A stretch of 64,000 nucleotides of DNA from an uncultured Verrucomicrobiae bacterium (GCA_963718565.1 OY970364.1:128001-192000); one strand, 5' to 3'; positions 1 through 9,521 are shown, counted from the stretch's first letter. The notes: generated by a model from the sequence alone, not told the origin. Numbers and translations are program-made.

Positions 1-2
1 TG

Positions 3-1082
3 GCTCCTTTCCAAAATGATGAGCAAGAAACAAGCACTTTTGCCAAAAGGTACGTCGAGAAAATGCGCAGCGTTACCTCGCTTTTCTACGCCACTGTTTG
101 TTTCGTGGGTATTAATGGATTCATGATCCATCTATGGCTCCACAATCAGATCACTACGGGCGAAGTTGCGCAGGTTTTCGGGACGATGTGGAATATTGCT
201 ACTACCATGTGGAATGTGGGAGGAACACTCCCGCTCTTTTTCCAATCATTTGGCATGGCAAAACAGGCATATTTGCTCATGCTTGATCCTCAAGATATTC
301 GAGATCAGCCAGGCGCCAAAGAATTACAGATCAAAACCGGTGAAATCATTTTTGAAAACGTGTCATTCGACTACGGAAAGAAAAAGCTGTTCGAGAACAA
401 ACATGCTCGCATTCGAGGGGGTGAGAAAGTTGGACTTGTAGGTTTCACAGGTGCCGGCAAATCCACCTTCATTAATCTGATTCTTCGCTTTTTTCCATTA
501 GACAAAGGCAAAATCCTCATCGATGGCCAAGAAGTCGCAGATGTTACTTTAGAGTCTTTACGGCGCCACATTGCACTCATCCCTCAAGATCCTGTGCTTT
601 TTCATCGTACTTTGCGAGAAAACATCTCTTATGGAAAGCCGGAGGCAAAGGAATCAGAAATCATCCACGCAGCGAAACTTGCTCACTGTGATGAATTCAT
701 TCGCAATATTTCTGATGGATATGAAGCAAAAGTTGGAGAAAGAGGAACAAAGCTCTCCGGTGGAGAAAAACAAAGAATCGCCATTGCTAGAGCAATCCTC
801 GTAGACGCCCCCATTCTCATTTTGGATGAGGCCACCTCATCGCTGGATTCTGTCACGGAAAAATATATCCAGGACAGTTTGGAAAAGCTCATGCAAAACC
901 GGACAACGATTGTGATTGCACATCGGCTTTCAACCCTTTCCCGTATGGATCGAATTTTGGTTTTTGATCAGGGAAAGATCGTGGAAGAAGGTAATCATAG
1001 TTCCCTGATGAGCAAAGCAGGCTTGTACGCTCGTATGTGGAATATGCAAGTGGGTGGGTTTTTACCAGAGATACCTGCATGA
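3..1082 (+). CDS. ABC transporter permease/ATP-binding protein (MsbA/MdlB-like), 5'-truncated by the window
   Basis: Walker A GFTGAGKS, signature LSGGEKQR, Walker B ILILDE, IAHRLST; frame open from position 3. Confidence 0.92.
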   Translation, partial: APFQNDEQETSTFAKRYVEKMRSVTSLFYATVCFVGINGFMIHLWLHNQITTGEVAQVFGTMWNIATTMWNVGGTLPLFFQSFGMAKQAYLLMLDPQDIRDQPGAKELQIKTGEIIFENVSFDYGKKKLFENKHARIRGGEKVGLVGFTGAGKSTFINLILRFFPLDKGKILIDGQEVADVTLESLRRHIALIPQDPVLFHRTLRENISYGKPEAKESEIIHAAKLAHCDEFIRNISDGYEAKVGERGTKLSGGEKQRIAIARAILVDAPILILDEATSSLDSVTEKYIQDSLEKLMQNRTTIVIAHRLSTLSRMDRILVFDQGKIVEEGNHSSLMSKAGLYARMWNMQVGGFLPEIPA

Positions 1083-1869
1083 GATTAGATTGCATCAATA
1101 GTTGTTTGACTCTTGGGATTCTTTGATCGAGGTTTATTTTTTTGTCCCGAATGAGATAGGCGAACGGGTAAAAGTGATGATCTTTTTCAATCCATCCTAC
1201 AAACCAACCATGTTCTAAAGTTTTACCATCTTTTGTAATGTCCGAACCACTCCACCCTGTTTTTCCAAACAGTTTCCATCCTTCAGCCAATTCCTCTTTA
1301 AATACAATGACTTTTGTCATTTGAATGGCATAGTTTGAGATGGGGAGCTTGCCTTGGATCATGTTTTGAATGAAATCAACTTGCTCCTTTGGGGAAATTG
1401 TCAACGAAGAGTTGATCCATGCAGCATGGGTTGTTTCTCCCGGTTGTGCCAACCCCACTGATATGTCCTGATTTCCATATTCAAATGAGGTTAAATAGTT
1501 TTGCATCTTTTCCATACCTAATTTAAGTGTTAAAAGCTTGGAATACCAAACGCAAGAGTGCTTCATCCAAGATTCAGGGGTCAAGGGAGCTCTCCATGAT
1601 TCCAGCCAATCATCATACCCATCTTGAAAATCCCAAACTGGGCTCTTTTCATCCTTTAAAATTTCTGCATCATATCCCATCAAACTTAGAGCAACCTTAA
1701 AAGAAGAACATGGGCTAATCCGTTCGTTAATATGGGGGCCTAGCTCAAGCACGATTTCATCTGTTTCCCCATTGATGAGAAGGAAATTTTCCTCGTTTGA
1801 AAAACTGGACACGCATGGGAAAATGAGTAGAAGGCCAGCAATTAATTTTGAAAATAGGGGATAGCTCAT
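889..1869 (-). CDS. Class D (OXA-type) beta-lactamase / penicillin-binding transpeptidase
   Basis: Signal peptide; S-x-x-K (SSFK), S-x-V (SCV), YGN, KTG and GWFVGW motifs. Confidence 0.88.
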   Translation of the reverse strand: MSYPLFSKLIAGLLLIFPCVSSFSNEENFLLINGETDEIVLELGPHINERISPCSSFKVALSLMGYDAEILKDEKSPVWDFQDGYDDWLESWRAPLTPESWMKHSCVWYSKLLTLKLGMEKMQNYLTSFEYGNQDISVGLAQPGETTHAAWINSSLTISPKEQVDFIQNMIQGKLPISNYAIQMTKVIVFKEELAEGWKLFGKTGWSGSDITKDGKTLEHGWFVGWIEKDHHFYPFAYLIRDKKINLDQRIPRVKQLLMQSNLMQVSLVKTHPLAYSTYERTSLLCSSGNYDYLLPRSFPDQKPKFDPYGKGLKADVQSQSLSGFA

Positions 1870-2019
1870 AAAAACCTCATTGGTCTGACATGAATTTTAA
1901 TAAGGAGTGTTTGGGATTAAATTGTGAGTTTCATAGGGAGATATTCTGGTGCAATCTGGTTTAAAATTCACCTAAAAAGTCAGTCGTTGTTGACCGAGTT
2001 ATACTGCGCCTACGTGATT

Positions 2020-3687
2020 TTAATCGTCGCCGAATGTGAAGGCGTAGGCGCGGATGTCTTTAGGTACTTTTAGCGAGAGCAAATGACGGCCATAGGATGT
2101 ATTGATGATTCTGTATTCTCGATCTCCATTGATAGAGATACTGCCGTAGAAATTGCCATCTATAGTGACCTCAAGCGGAATGGGGCTCGATCCTCCCAAA
2201 ACAAGGTAGACGTGCGCAGCTAAGAAATTCAGATCTAGATAGCTTGCGTCGCTTGTTGCTACAATATACTGTCCCTCTACCTGCCACTCGCCTTTTAGTC
2301 CGACCTGATCTTCGCCGAGTGGTTCTGTATAGCGGTAGTCTGCCGATTTGTCTGGCGTGATGCGCATCGGATAGCTGTGGCCCCTGTCGAAGCCCAGGTA
2401 TGTTTCTACAGTAAGGGGTCTACTCAGCCTTGTTGGTTCTTGAATTTCGACCGCAGGGATGTTCAAAAGCTCGCGAATGGCCTTTTCAGTTTCGGCATAG
2501 GCGCCTTCTCCAGAGTGTACCATGCGAATATTGCCTGCCTGATCGATCAGATAGTGCGCTGGCCAATAAGAGTTTTCATAAGCTCTCCATGTGGCATAGT
2601 TGTTATCCATTGCTACGGGATAGGTGATCCCGAATTGAACAGTGGCTTTTTCGACATTATCGTAATTCTTTTCAAACTCAAACTCAGGTGTGTGCACTCC
2701 AATAATCACAAATCCATAATCCTTATAATCGCGATACCAGTTTTTGAGATAAGGAAGGGTTCTAATGCAGTTGATGCAGCTGTATGTCCAGAAATCGATG
2801 AGGACCACTTTTCCGCGTAGTTCTGACAAAGTCAGCCGCGGTGAATTGATCCAAGCGGTAATGCCTGAGAGTTCAGGTGCAGGACCATTTTCAGGTAGCT
2901 CTTTATGCTTGTTGATCTCCCCAAGTTTTTCTTCGACATGGAAGTTTTTTTCGGAAATGATTTCAGGGAAAATTTGTGAGAGTTTCTCATTGATGAGCAT
3001 GTCCCAATTCAGTGTCAGAATAAGTGCAAAGACCACCATTAGAACACCAAATACTTGGCGAATACGTTCGGTATAGCGAGACAAAAATTGCGAAGAGCTC
3101 AAGATTTTGGCGCTCCCATAGGCATAGATGAGCATAATCGCCCCTGCCCCAATGCTGTAGGACACTGTCATCAAGACTGCAGTGAAACTGATCGAACCTG
3201 TGGCAGCAAGTGCTGTGATGGCGCCTAAAATGGGACCTGCGCAAGGCGTCCAAAGTAGGCCCAATGCAGCTCCAAATAGCATCCCTCCTCCAAAACCTTG
3301 CTGGGGTCGCTTGCTTTGGATTTTTTGGCCGAGGCTTGCAATCGGAGTTGTGACTTTTGCAAACCAGTTAGACAGCTTCGGGAAGATCATCACAAGACCA
3401 AAGAAAAATACAAGCGCAATGGCAATATATCGGAGAATGCTCGGAGAGATCCCCGTTTTGTGTACAAGCCAGGAAAGGGCCAGCGTAAAGAATGAAAAGC
3501 TGCAAGTCAGGCCGAGAATAGTGCCTAGTGGTCTGAGGCGCCCTACGGCTACACCTGCTGACAGAATCGCAGGAAGCACGGGCAAGATGCATGGCGAAAG
3601 CGCCGTAAAAATCCCAGCGAGAAAAGAAAATCCAAGCAGCAGAAGCATATTCTGCATACTAACCTGAGTTGCAACATTTAAATCCAT
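2020..3687 (-). CDS. dipZ: Cytochrome c biogenesis protein DipZ (CcdA/DsbD transmembrane domain + thioredoxin + C-terminal domain); true start may be 3657 or 3648
   Basis: LSPCILPVLP and WTPCAGPIL motifs; DFWTYSCINC thioredoxin motif; GVHTPEF. Confidence 0.88.
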   Translation of the reverse strand: MDLNVATQVSMQNMLLLLGFSFLAGIFTALSPCILPVLPAILSAGVAVGRLRPLGTILGLTCSFSFFTLALSWLVHKTGISPSILRYIAIALVFFFGLVMIFPKLSNWFAKVTTPIASLGQKIQSKRPQQGFGGGMLFGAALGLLWTPCAGPILGAITALAATGSISFTAVLMTVSYSIGAGAIMLIYAYGSAKILSSSQFLSRYTERIRQVFGVLMVVFALILTLNWDMLINEKLSQIFPEIISEKNFHVEEKLGEINKHKELPENGPAPELSGITAWINSPRLTLSELRGKVVLIDFWTYSCINCIRTLPYLKNWYRDYKDYGFVIIGVHTPEFEFEKNYDNVEKATVQFGITYPVAMDNNYATWRAYENSYWPAHYLIDQAGNIRMVHSGEGAYAETEKAIRELLNIPAVEIQEPTRLSRPLTVETYLGFDRGHSYPMRITPDKSADYRYTEPLGEDQVGLKGEWQVEGQYIVATSDASYLDLNFLAAHVYLVLGGSSPIPLEVTIDGNFYGSISINGDREYRIINTSYGRHLLSLKVPKDIRAYAFTFGDD

Positions 3688-3991
3688 TGCGATCTTTAGG
3701 CGAGTTGCATAACTGTTGCTTTAGGATGCTGACTAGGAACTTACGCCAGAGATGCTTTGGCCTTTGTTAATTTAAGAAAGGGTCTTGTGGAGGTTTGGAT
3801 CTGAATCAAAATCATATGTCTGTGCCAGAAAAGTTAATTTTAGCAGGGGCAAGTTGTTAAAATAGGAGCATTTTGATAGAGTAATAGTTGTTTGGTTTAT
3901 AAGAACTTATGACGTATGATGTTAATATTCTGGGTCAGAGAATGTTAAATCCATAGAAGGAGGGAGTTAAAATGGTAGAGCCTGTATTCAA

Positions 3992-4031
3992 GTACGTCCT
4001 CAAAAACCTATGGCAAGCACTGAATGTCATT
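3992..4031 (+). repeat. Truncated copy of the palindromic element at 19819
   Basis: 40 bp identical to 19819-19858 (GTACGTCCTCAAAAACCTATGGCAAGCACTGAATGTCATT). Confidence 0.9.
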
Positions 4032-4051
4032 ACTCCTCGCCAGCAGAAAAT

Positions 4052-4163
4052 CACAGAGGTCACAGAGGGGGAAATTCGGGCCTAATGCTTGATGGACATC
4101 AATTGCTGCGCCAATGATTTTATCCGTTAAGGTATTTTGGGGTCCCCCTCTGTGACCTCTGTG
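4052..4163. repeat. Inverted repeat CACAGAGGTCACAGAGGGGG / CCCCCTCTGTGACCTCTGTG (REP-like)
   Basis: Perfect 20-bp arms at 4052-4071 and 4144-4163. Confidence 0.85.
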
Positions 4164-4348
4164 CTCTCGAGCGAGCTTGCGGAGCGGGTGGTTAATAAAT
4201 TCATCTAAGCTCCAATAGATCGAAAATGATCCCTGATGCGGCTTTTGAAATTTTTGCCCAGTATCGACATTTCATCCTGTGGAATTATAGGCTGCCTGTC
4301 GTAAGTAAGTCTAAAAGCTACATTAGTGGTCATATGGTCAGGCGCCTC

Positions 4349-5830
4349 TTATTGTGTGTTTCCGATCGTAATCCCAATGTAGGTGTTCGATTCCAAAGTA
4401 GGGGATGCCAAAAGTACGCTAGGCCACAAGGGCTCATCATAAGCATAGGTATAGATTCCTCCGCAGGCATGAAGCGCTGCAGAGTAGAGATCATACCAAG
4501 GTCCGGAAGATTTGCCAAGAACGCTCAAGTTCGGATTAACTTGATAATAGGGCATAAAGCTGGAGAGAGTAGAAAGAGTGGAAGCGTTGATCAGGCTGGT
4601 TGTGGGTACGATTCCTGCGATGATAGCTTCCTCAAAGGCTTTGCTGACCTGGATGCCGTCCGATGCACTTGTCGCTGATGAGACGAGCGATAAGCCGGAA
4701 AGGATATTAAAGCTTGTCGAGGAAGTGTATGGGGGGCCGAGAGTGGGAGGTCCGAAGGTGACCTGGTTGGGTCCTGAAGTGAACAGAATGGAATTATTGC
4801 TCTGGACGGTGCCTGTGTAAGTCGTCCCACCGGGGATCTCGATAGAAAGAGGATTCCTGCGATAGAAGCTTATTGGTCCATACCAAATGTCTGAGAGATA
4901 GCTGTATCCGTAAGCAGACAAATTGTCGAGATAGTTGACGTCGAAATATCCACCTGCCATCCCTTTACCTGTCGAGATGACTCGATAGGTTGTCGAACCG
5001 CTTCCTGCGAGTAACTTCTGCCATTGCGCAGATTCTGCGGCAGGAGGAACTTCCTGAAAGCAGGATTTAACATAAGACAGAATGGTGTTTCGATTTTGCG
5101 TGAGGCCGCAGTTGCTTGCAGATCCTGGACCTGGGGTGGAGAGGTAGATATAGAGGGGGATCGAGAAAAAGCTGACGGCGGTAGCATCGACGTTGACGTT
5201 TGGCGACGTCGAGACATAAGCCCCTTCGACCTGATCCCAAATAATCGCATAATTGTTGTAAGGATCATTGGGATCGTTGAAGGCGGGATCGGCGATTCCC
5301 TCGCTATTGACGGGAATGTTCAACTTGCTGTTCAGAGAGATGATGACAAGAAAACTATCGGTTTCAGGAAGATAGAACTTATATCCGTCTGTTGTCGTAG
5401 GAAAGTAGGTGAGAGGATACGAATAAGTGGATCCGTTGTCGCCGATGGACACCTGATGGAGAGAGCCAACTCCGGACATGTTGAAGTCCACAAAGACCTG
5501 GGGACCGCCAATGGGCACTCTCCCTTGGACGAGAATATAGACTTGAGAAGGGTCAACACCACTGTTGTTGACGATATTGAAGGGAAGCATTCCTGACATC
5601 GAGCCAGGGTTTGAAGGGTTAGGAGGGGGTGTGGCGGAAGGAGCAGGGGGAAGAGAAGGCAGAGGGGTGAGGGATCCGCTTGAGCTAAAGCCTGCCTGGG
5701 CGAGGACTCTATTTTCTTCTAGCAGGATTTCGTCATAAACGACTTCAATGCGGTCCAGGGAAAATGTGTCAGGCGCTGCTTGGAGAAAACTTAAATAGCC
5801 GCAGGAGAGCATCATCCAAAGCTTTTTCAT
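4349..5830 (-). CDS. Secreted glycoside hydrolase family 64 (beta-1,3-glucanase-like) protein with Pro/Ser linker
   Basis: Start MKKLW after GAGGAG; signal peptide; PPAPSATPPP linker; GH64-like LPFNIVNNSG, VYILVQG, DPAFNDPNDP..WDQVE, FFSIP, YTYAYDE. Confidence 0.72.
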   Translation of the reverse strand: MKKLWMMLSCGYLSFLQAAPDTFSLDRIEVVYDEILLEENRVLAQAGFSSSGSLTPLPSLPPAPSATPPPNPSNPGSMSGMLPFNIVNNSGVDPSQVYILVQGRVPIGGPQVFVDFNMSGVGSLHQVSIGDNGSTYSYPLTYFPTTTDGYKFYLPETDSFLVIISLNSKLNIPVNSEGIADPAFNDPNDPYNNYAIIWDQVEGAYVSTSPNVNVDATAVSFFSIPLYIYLSTPGPGSASNCGLTQNRNTILSYVKSCFQEVPPAAESAQWQKLLAGSGSTTYRVISTGKGMAGGYFDVNYLDNLSAYGYSYLSDIWYGPISFYRRNPLSIEIPGGTTYTGTVQSNNSILFTSGPNQVTFGPPTLGPPYTSSTSFNILSGLSLVSSATSASDGIQVSKAFEEAIIAGIVPTTSLINASTLSTLSSFMPYYQVNPNLSVLGKSSGPWYDLYSAALHACGGIYTYAYDEPLWPSVLLASPTLESNTYIGITIGNTQ

Positions 5831-5847
5831 AAAGATCTCCTCAAAAT

Positions 5848-6666
5848 TTAGAAACAATAACCCAGATTCAGATCTACACCCCAGTAGTTGTAGGTGTTTC
5901 CTGGAAGGCCAAGTGGAATGCCCGTTGTCGTTTTTGCGGTAGTATGCCCATCGGTCCAATATTCGTAGAAGGGCTTCAAGATCAGATGGAGCCGTCTATT
6001 TTTGGTCAAAGAGAAATCAAATGGAACATCCACATGGTAGTTGTTAAGAGTGTTTGTGATCTTCCATCGCACTCCACTGATGGGGTGGATCGTCACTGTT
6101 GGAAACGCCTGCGGCATCCACGCGAAGCATGCGCCTAATGTAAACCAGGAGCCAAAGGAGTAATTGGTGATAAAGCCCAGAGGAAAATAAAATTCGTTAT
6201 AGTTAAACCGAATAGAAGAGCTGTCTTTGGGTTTGAATTTTTGTCCGACGTGGCGGATCCCTAGGCCGGAGTAAAGGGTGAGCAGCCAATGGTCTTGCTT
6301 GAAACCGAAAGTATAGCCCATGCGCTCTTGGCCATCGACAAAAATGAGCCAGCGCTTTCCTTCTGAGCCGTGAGTGTCGCCTTCTTTCCAGGAGACCAAA
6401 GCAGCTCCGTAGAAGCGATTGGCAGGCCGATATTCATAGATGCCCTGAGCGCCTCCAAGATTCCCTCTGAATCCTGGATTGCCGTGGGGCTTCAAGTTCA
6501 CATGTGTGTAATCGCCGCCAATTTCCAGGCGGGATTTATATTCTTTGAGTTGTTGGGACGGTTCAGGAGGTGGAGAAGATTCAGGCTGATCGGCCAGGAG
6601 AAATGCTGTAGGTAAAATCACCGAAAGGGACAAAGCAAAGAGTGTCGAGGCGAATTGCGTTGCCAT
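5848..6666 (-). CDS. Outer-membrane beta-barrel protein
   Basis: Signal peptide (MATQF...), alternating aromatic/Gly strands, C-terminal LNLGYCF beta-signal. Confidence 0.7.
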   Translation of the reverse strand: MATQFASTLFALSLSVILPTAFLLADQPESSPPPEPSQQLKEYKSRLEIGGDYTHVNLKPHGNPGFRGNLGGAQGIYEYRPANRFYGAALVSWKEGDTHGSEGKRWLIFVDGQERMGYTFGFKQDHWLLTLYSGLGIRHVGQKFKPKDSSSIRFNYNEFYFPLGFITNYSFGSWFTLGACFAWMPQAFPTVTIHPISGVRWKITNTLNNYHVDVPFDFSLTKNRRLHLILKPFYEYWTDGHTTAKTTTGIPLGLPGNTYNYWGVDLNLGYCF

Positions 6667-6781
6667 AATTTTTTCCTGTTTTTTGTCATTACAATCATTC
6701 ATACATTAAATCCAGATTTTTCTTCAAGAATGGAATGTAAGCAAAAAATTACATGGCGTAGGAATTAAAGAATTTTTTGAA

Positions 6782-6810
6782 TTGCCGGAAAGAGGTAACT
6801 TCTGTATAAT
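6782..6810 (+). promoter_or_regulatory. Sigma70/sigma66-type promoter upstream of the His leader and ABC operon
   Basis: TTGCCG-17 bp-TATAAT. Confidence 0.6.
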
Positions 6811-6853
6811 TGGTTTCAGTTAAAGGGTAATCTTTGCCCTTAAGAGAGATAAT

Positions 6854-6988
6854 ATGAAGCGAGACCTTAACCCTATCTTTTGCCCGCGTCGAGAGCAATT
6901 CTCACGAGTGCAAGCATCTGCTTTTCTTTCTCCATTCATTCTTTTTGTTTCTCATTCTCATCATCGTCACCATCATCATCATTCCTAA
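6854..6988 (+). CDS. Histidine-rich leader peptide (44 aa, MKRDLNPIFCPRREQFSRVQASAFLSPFILFVSHSHHRHHHHHS), putative attenuator
   Basis: Hand translation; 8 His among the last 11 codons; purine-rich RBS; lies between the promoter and the amino-acid ABC operon. Confidence 0.75.
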   Translation: MKRDLNPIFCPRREQFSRVQASAFLSPFILFVSHSHHRHHHHHS

Positions 6989-7118
6989 TATTTTTTTGTT
7001 CGTTGTTTCTTGGCGACGAATGAATTTTCGGTTTTTTTGTTAATTTACTGGGTTATTTTGGTGAGTTAAATTTTGTAAATTTTTATTTTTTATCAATTTT
7101 AAAACAAGGATCTGCGTT

Positions 7119-8090
7119 ATGAATAGACTAAAGAGGGAATCGCAAAGCTTCTCGCCGCATAAAATCGCGCTTTTGGCACCTGTCGCCTTGGCGGCGGCTC
7201 TCCTACTTACCCAAGTATGCTTTCGCCGCCGCCAACCGAACCCGCTGTGCGGGTTCTTCCAACAGGTGCCAAAATCATCGATTTCCTGCTGGCGAGGAGT
7301 TTTGCAATTCCCTCTAAATAAATTTTCAAAGATTTTAGGATGTTGTTTTCTCTTTTTTGGAAACCTTGCAGCTGGAGAAACGACACCGCCTGCTGAAACA
7401 TTCACTGTTGGCACGACCTCTGGGTATGCCCCTTACGTGAGCTTGGATAGCAAAGGAGGGTATGAGGGTTTTGACATTGACTTAGCGAAATTGGTGGCAG
7501 AGAAGCTCAATAAAAAACTCGTGATCAAAGATTTGGGAAGCATGCCAAGTCTGATGATTGGGCTCAAACAGAGAAAGGTAGATGCCATCATCTGGGCCGT
7601 CTCGATTACTGAAGAGAGGCAAAAGCAGATGGAAATGGTCTACTATCAGGGGGAGAAAATTACAAGCATGCCCCTGCTGTTCTGGGGTAAAATCCCTGAA
7701 AATGTCAAAGGTCCTGAAGATTTAAAAAATGATCCCAAAAAGATCGTGTGTGTTGAAGCCGGCACTTATCAAGAACAGGTCATGAAAGCTTATCCAGGAT
7801 TAACTCTTAAAAATGTCGATAAAATCACTGATGCGATCATGGAAGTCAAGTTCGGAAAATCCCTTGCTATCGCCATCGATAATTCGTTGGTTTCTTTCGC
7901 AGTGCAGCAGAATCCAGAGCTAAAGGCTCTCTACTTTTCATTGCCCTCTCACCAGCAGTCTTTAGGGAACGGAATTTGCATCAATAAGGATAATCAGGCA
8001 CTTGTGGCTCAGGTCAAAAAAGCTATAGAAGAGCTTACAAGAGAAGGGACAATTCAAGCTTTAGAGAAAAAATGGAACATGGACTCGTAG
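7119..8090 (+). CDS. Polar amino-acid ABC transporter substrate-binding protein (SBP_bac_3) with an in-frame 65-aa palindrome-derived N-terminal insert
   Basis: VGTTSGYAPY, YEGFDIDLA, ITEERQKQM; signal peptide NKFSKILGCCFLFFGNLAA begins at codon 67. Confidence 0.9.
   Translation: MNRLKRESQSFSPHKIALLAPVALAAALLLTQVCFRRRQPNPLCGFFQQVPKSSISCWRGVLQFPLNKFSKILGCCFLFFGNLAAGETTPPAETFTVGTTSGYAPYVSLDSKGGYEGFDIDLAKLVAEKLNKKLVIKDLGSMPSLMIGLKQRKVDAIIWAVSITEERQKQMEMVYYQGEKITSMPLLFWGKIPENVKGPEDLKNDPKKIVCVEAGTYQEQVMKAYPGLTLKNVDKITDAIMEVKFGKSLAIAIDNSLVSFAVQQNPELKALYFSLPSHQQSLGNGICINKDNQALVAQVKKAIEELTREGTIQALEKKWNMDS
7132..7315. repeat. Palindromic (RPE/MITE-like) element inserted in frame in the SBP gene
   Basis: Arms AGAGGGAATCGCAAAGCTTCTCGCC / GGCGAGGAGTTTTGCAATTCCCTCT (22/25); nested stems TTTTGGCACCTGT/ACAGGTGCCAAAA and GGCGGCGG/CCGCCGCC; partial copies at 4032-4052 and 14719-14753. 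Confidence 0.85.
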
Positions 8091-8094
8091 ATTT

Positions 8095-8769
8095 ATGGAT
8101 GACAATACCTATATTTCGCTTTTATCGCGGTCTCTACCTCTTCTATTAAAAGGAGTGGTAATGACTGTACAAATTTTAGTCTCTTCAGCATCGCTTAGCT
8201 TGGCGTTGGGATTGTTGTTTGGAATAGCTTCTTGTAATAAGTTGAGGATCCCGTTTCTTTCTCAGACGATAGAGTTTTTGACCTTTGTTCTGCGAGCCGT
8301 TCCTTTTTTTGTTCAACTCCTATTGGTCTATTTTGTTTTGCCAGATCTTTTAGGGTTCAATCTCGAACCCTTTCCAGCCTCTGTCATTGCATTAGGACTC
8401 TGTTCCTCAGGCTACGTGGCTCAAATGGTGCGTGGTGGCCTCAATGCGATACCACAGGCTCAATGGGAAGGCGCCTTCGCTCTGGGGTTGAATACGTTCC
8501 AGAGTCTCCGGCACATTATCCTGCCTCAAATAGGACGTAATATTCTTCCTATGTTGAACAATGAGCTAGACTCTCTCTTAAAAAGCACGTCGATTGTGTC
8601 CTCGATTGGGATGTTAGAACTGACCCGAATGGGAATGAATATCGTTTCCAGAGAGATGCAACCGGTTGCCATCTATTTGACAGTGGCTTTTTTCTATATC
8701 TGCATGTCTGCTTTATTAAATCTAGTCGCGCGAGTGCTTGAACGGAGGCTCATCCATGTTAAAAATTAA
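8095..8769 (+). CDS. Amino-acid ABC transporter permease (HisM/GlnP family)
   Basis: LRAVPFFVQLL, EAA-like QWEGAFALG, IILPQ, LLKSTS. Confidence 0.92.
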   Translation: MDDNTYISLLSRSLPLLLKGVVMTVQILVSSASLSLALGLLFGIASCNKLRIPFLSQTIEFLTFVLRAVPFFVQLLLVYFVLPDLLGFNLEPFPASVIALGLCSSGYVAQMVRGGLNAIPQAQWEGAFALGLNTFQSLRHIILPQIGRNILPMLNNELDSLLKSTSIVSSIGMLELTRMGMNIVSREMQPVAIYLTVAFFYICMSALLNLVARVLERRLIHVKN

Positions 8770-9466
8770 GAATCTGTCTTGCACAAAAACCCGAAAAGAA
8801 ATTCTCAAGGGGCTATCTCTAAATATCCCTAAAAATAGAGTGACTTTGCTACTTGGCAAAAGCGGATCTGGAAAAACAACATTATTGCGATGCATTGCCC
8901 AATTAGAGACACAATATCAAGGGGAAATATCTTATCAGGGGCAGCCCATAAGCCAGTTGTCGCCTAAACAACGCTGTCAAATCATCGGTTTTATTTCGCA
9001 ATCTTTCTCGTTATTTCCTCATAGGAACATTTTGGATAATTGTGCGAATGCTTTAAGGGTTCTTTTTGGAACCAAAAAAAAAGAGGCGCGCGCCCAAGTA
9101 ATGGAGATCTTACATCTGCTCGATATAGAAAAACTGGCTCTATCTATGCCGAGCCAGCTTTCCGGAGGGCAGCAGCAAAGAGCTGCTATTGCAAGAGCTC
9201 TTGTGCTCAACCCTTCCTTTTTACTATTTGATGAACCGACATCGGCGCTAGACCCGGAAAACACAGAACTATTCACGCAGGTGATTCGCAATCTTCTGAA
9301 AGCCGGGACAGGAGTGATTATTGCCAGCCACGCTATGAATCTGGCTTCTAAACTCCTAGATATCGTCTATTTTTTGGAAGAGGGATTGTTTGCTGAAAAC
9401 TATGACGCACAGGCCGGAAAGCCTTTGCTTAAAGAGGGAAAGATTAATCAGTTTTTATCGGTATAG
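8756..9466 (+). CDS. Amino-acid ABC transporter ATP-binding protein (HisP/GlnQ family)
   Basis: GKSGSGKT, LSGGQQQR, LLFDEPTSALDPE; ATG 8756 after GGAGG. Confidence 0.92.
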   Translation: MLKIKNLSCTKTRKEILKGLSLNIPKNRVTLLLGKSGSGKTTLLRCIAQLETQYQGEISYQGQPISQLSPKQRCQIIGFISQSFSLFPHRNILDNCANALRVLFGTKKKEARAQVMEILHLLDIEKLALSMPSQLSGGQQQRAAIARALVLNPSFLLFDEPTSALDPENTELFTQVIRNLLKAGTGVIIASHAMNLASKLLDIVYFLEEGLFAENYDAQAGKPLLKEGKINQFLSV

Positions 9467-9521
9467 ATTGTTACTTAAGATGATGGCATACTGCTTTCCC
9501 AAAAGCAGAGGAGCTTAAAAC

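Noticed and set aside
2377..5596. Antisense ORFs over dipZ and GH64 (and similar shadow ORFs elsewhere)
   Set aside because: They lie wholly within motif-supported genes on the other strand or frame and have no recognisable motifs.
5831..5959. Longer start for the GH64 ORF
   Set aside because: It overlaps the OMP gene; the signal peptide and RBS point to 5830.
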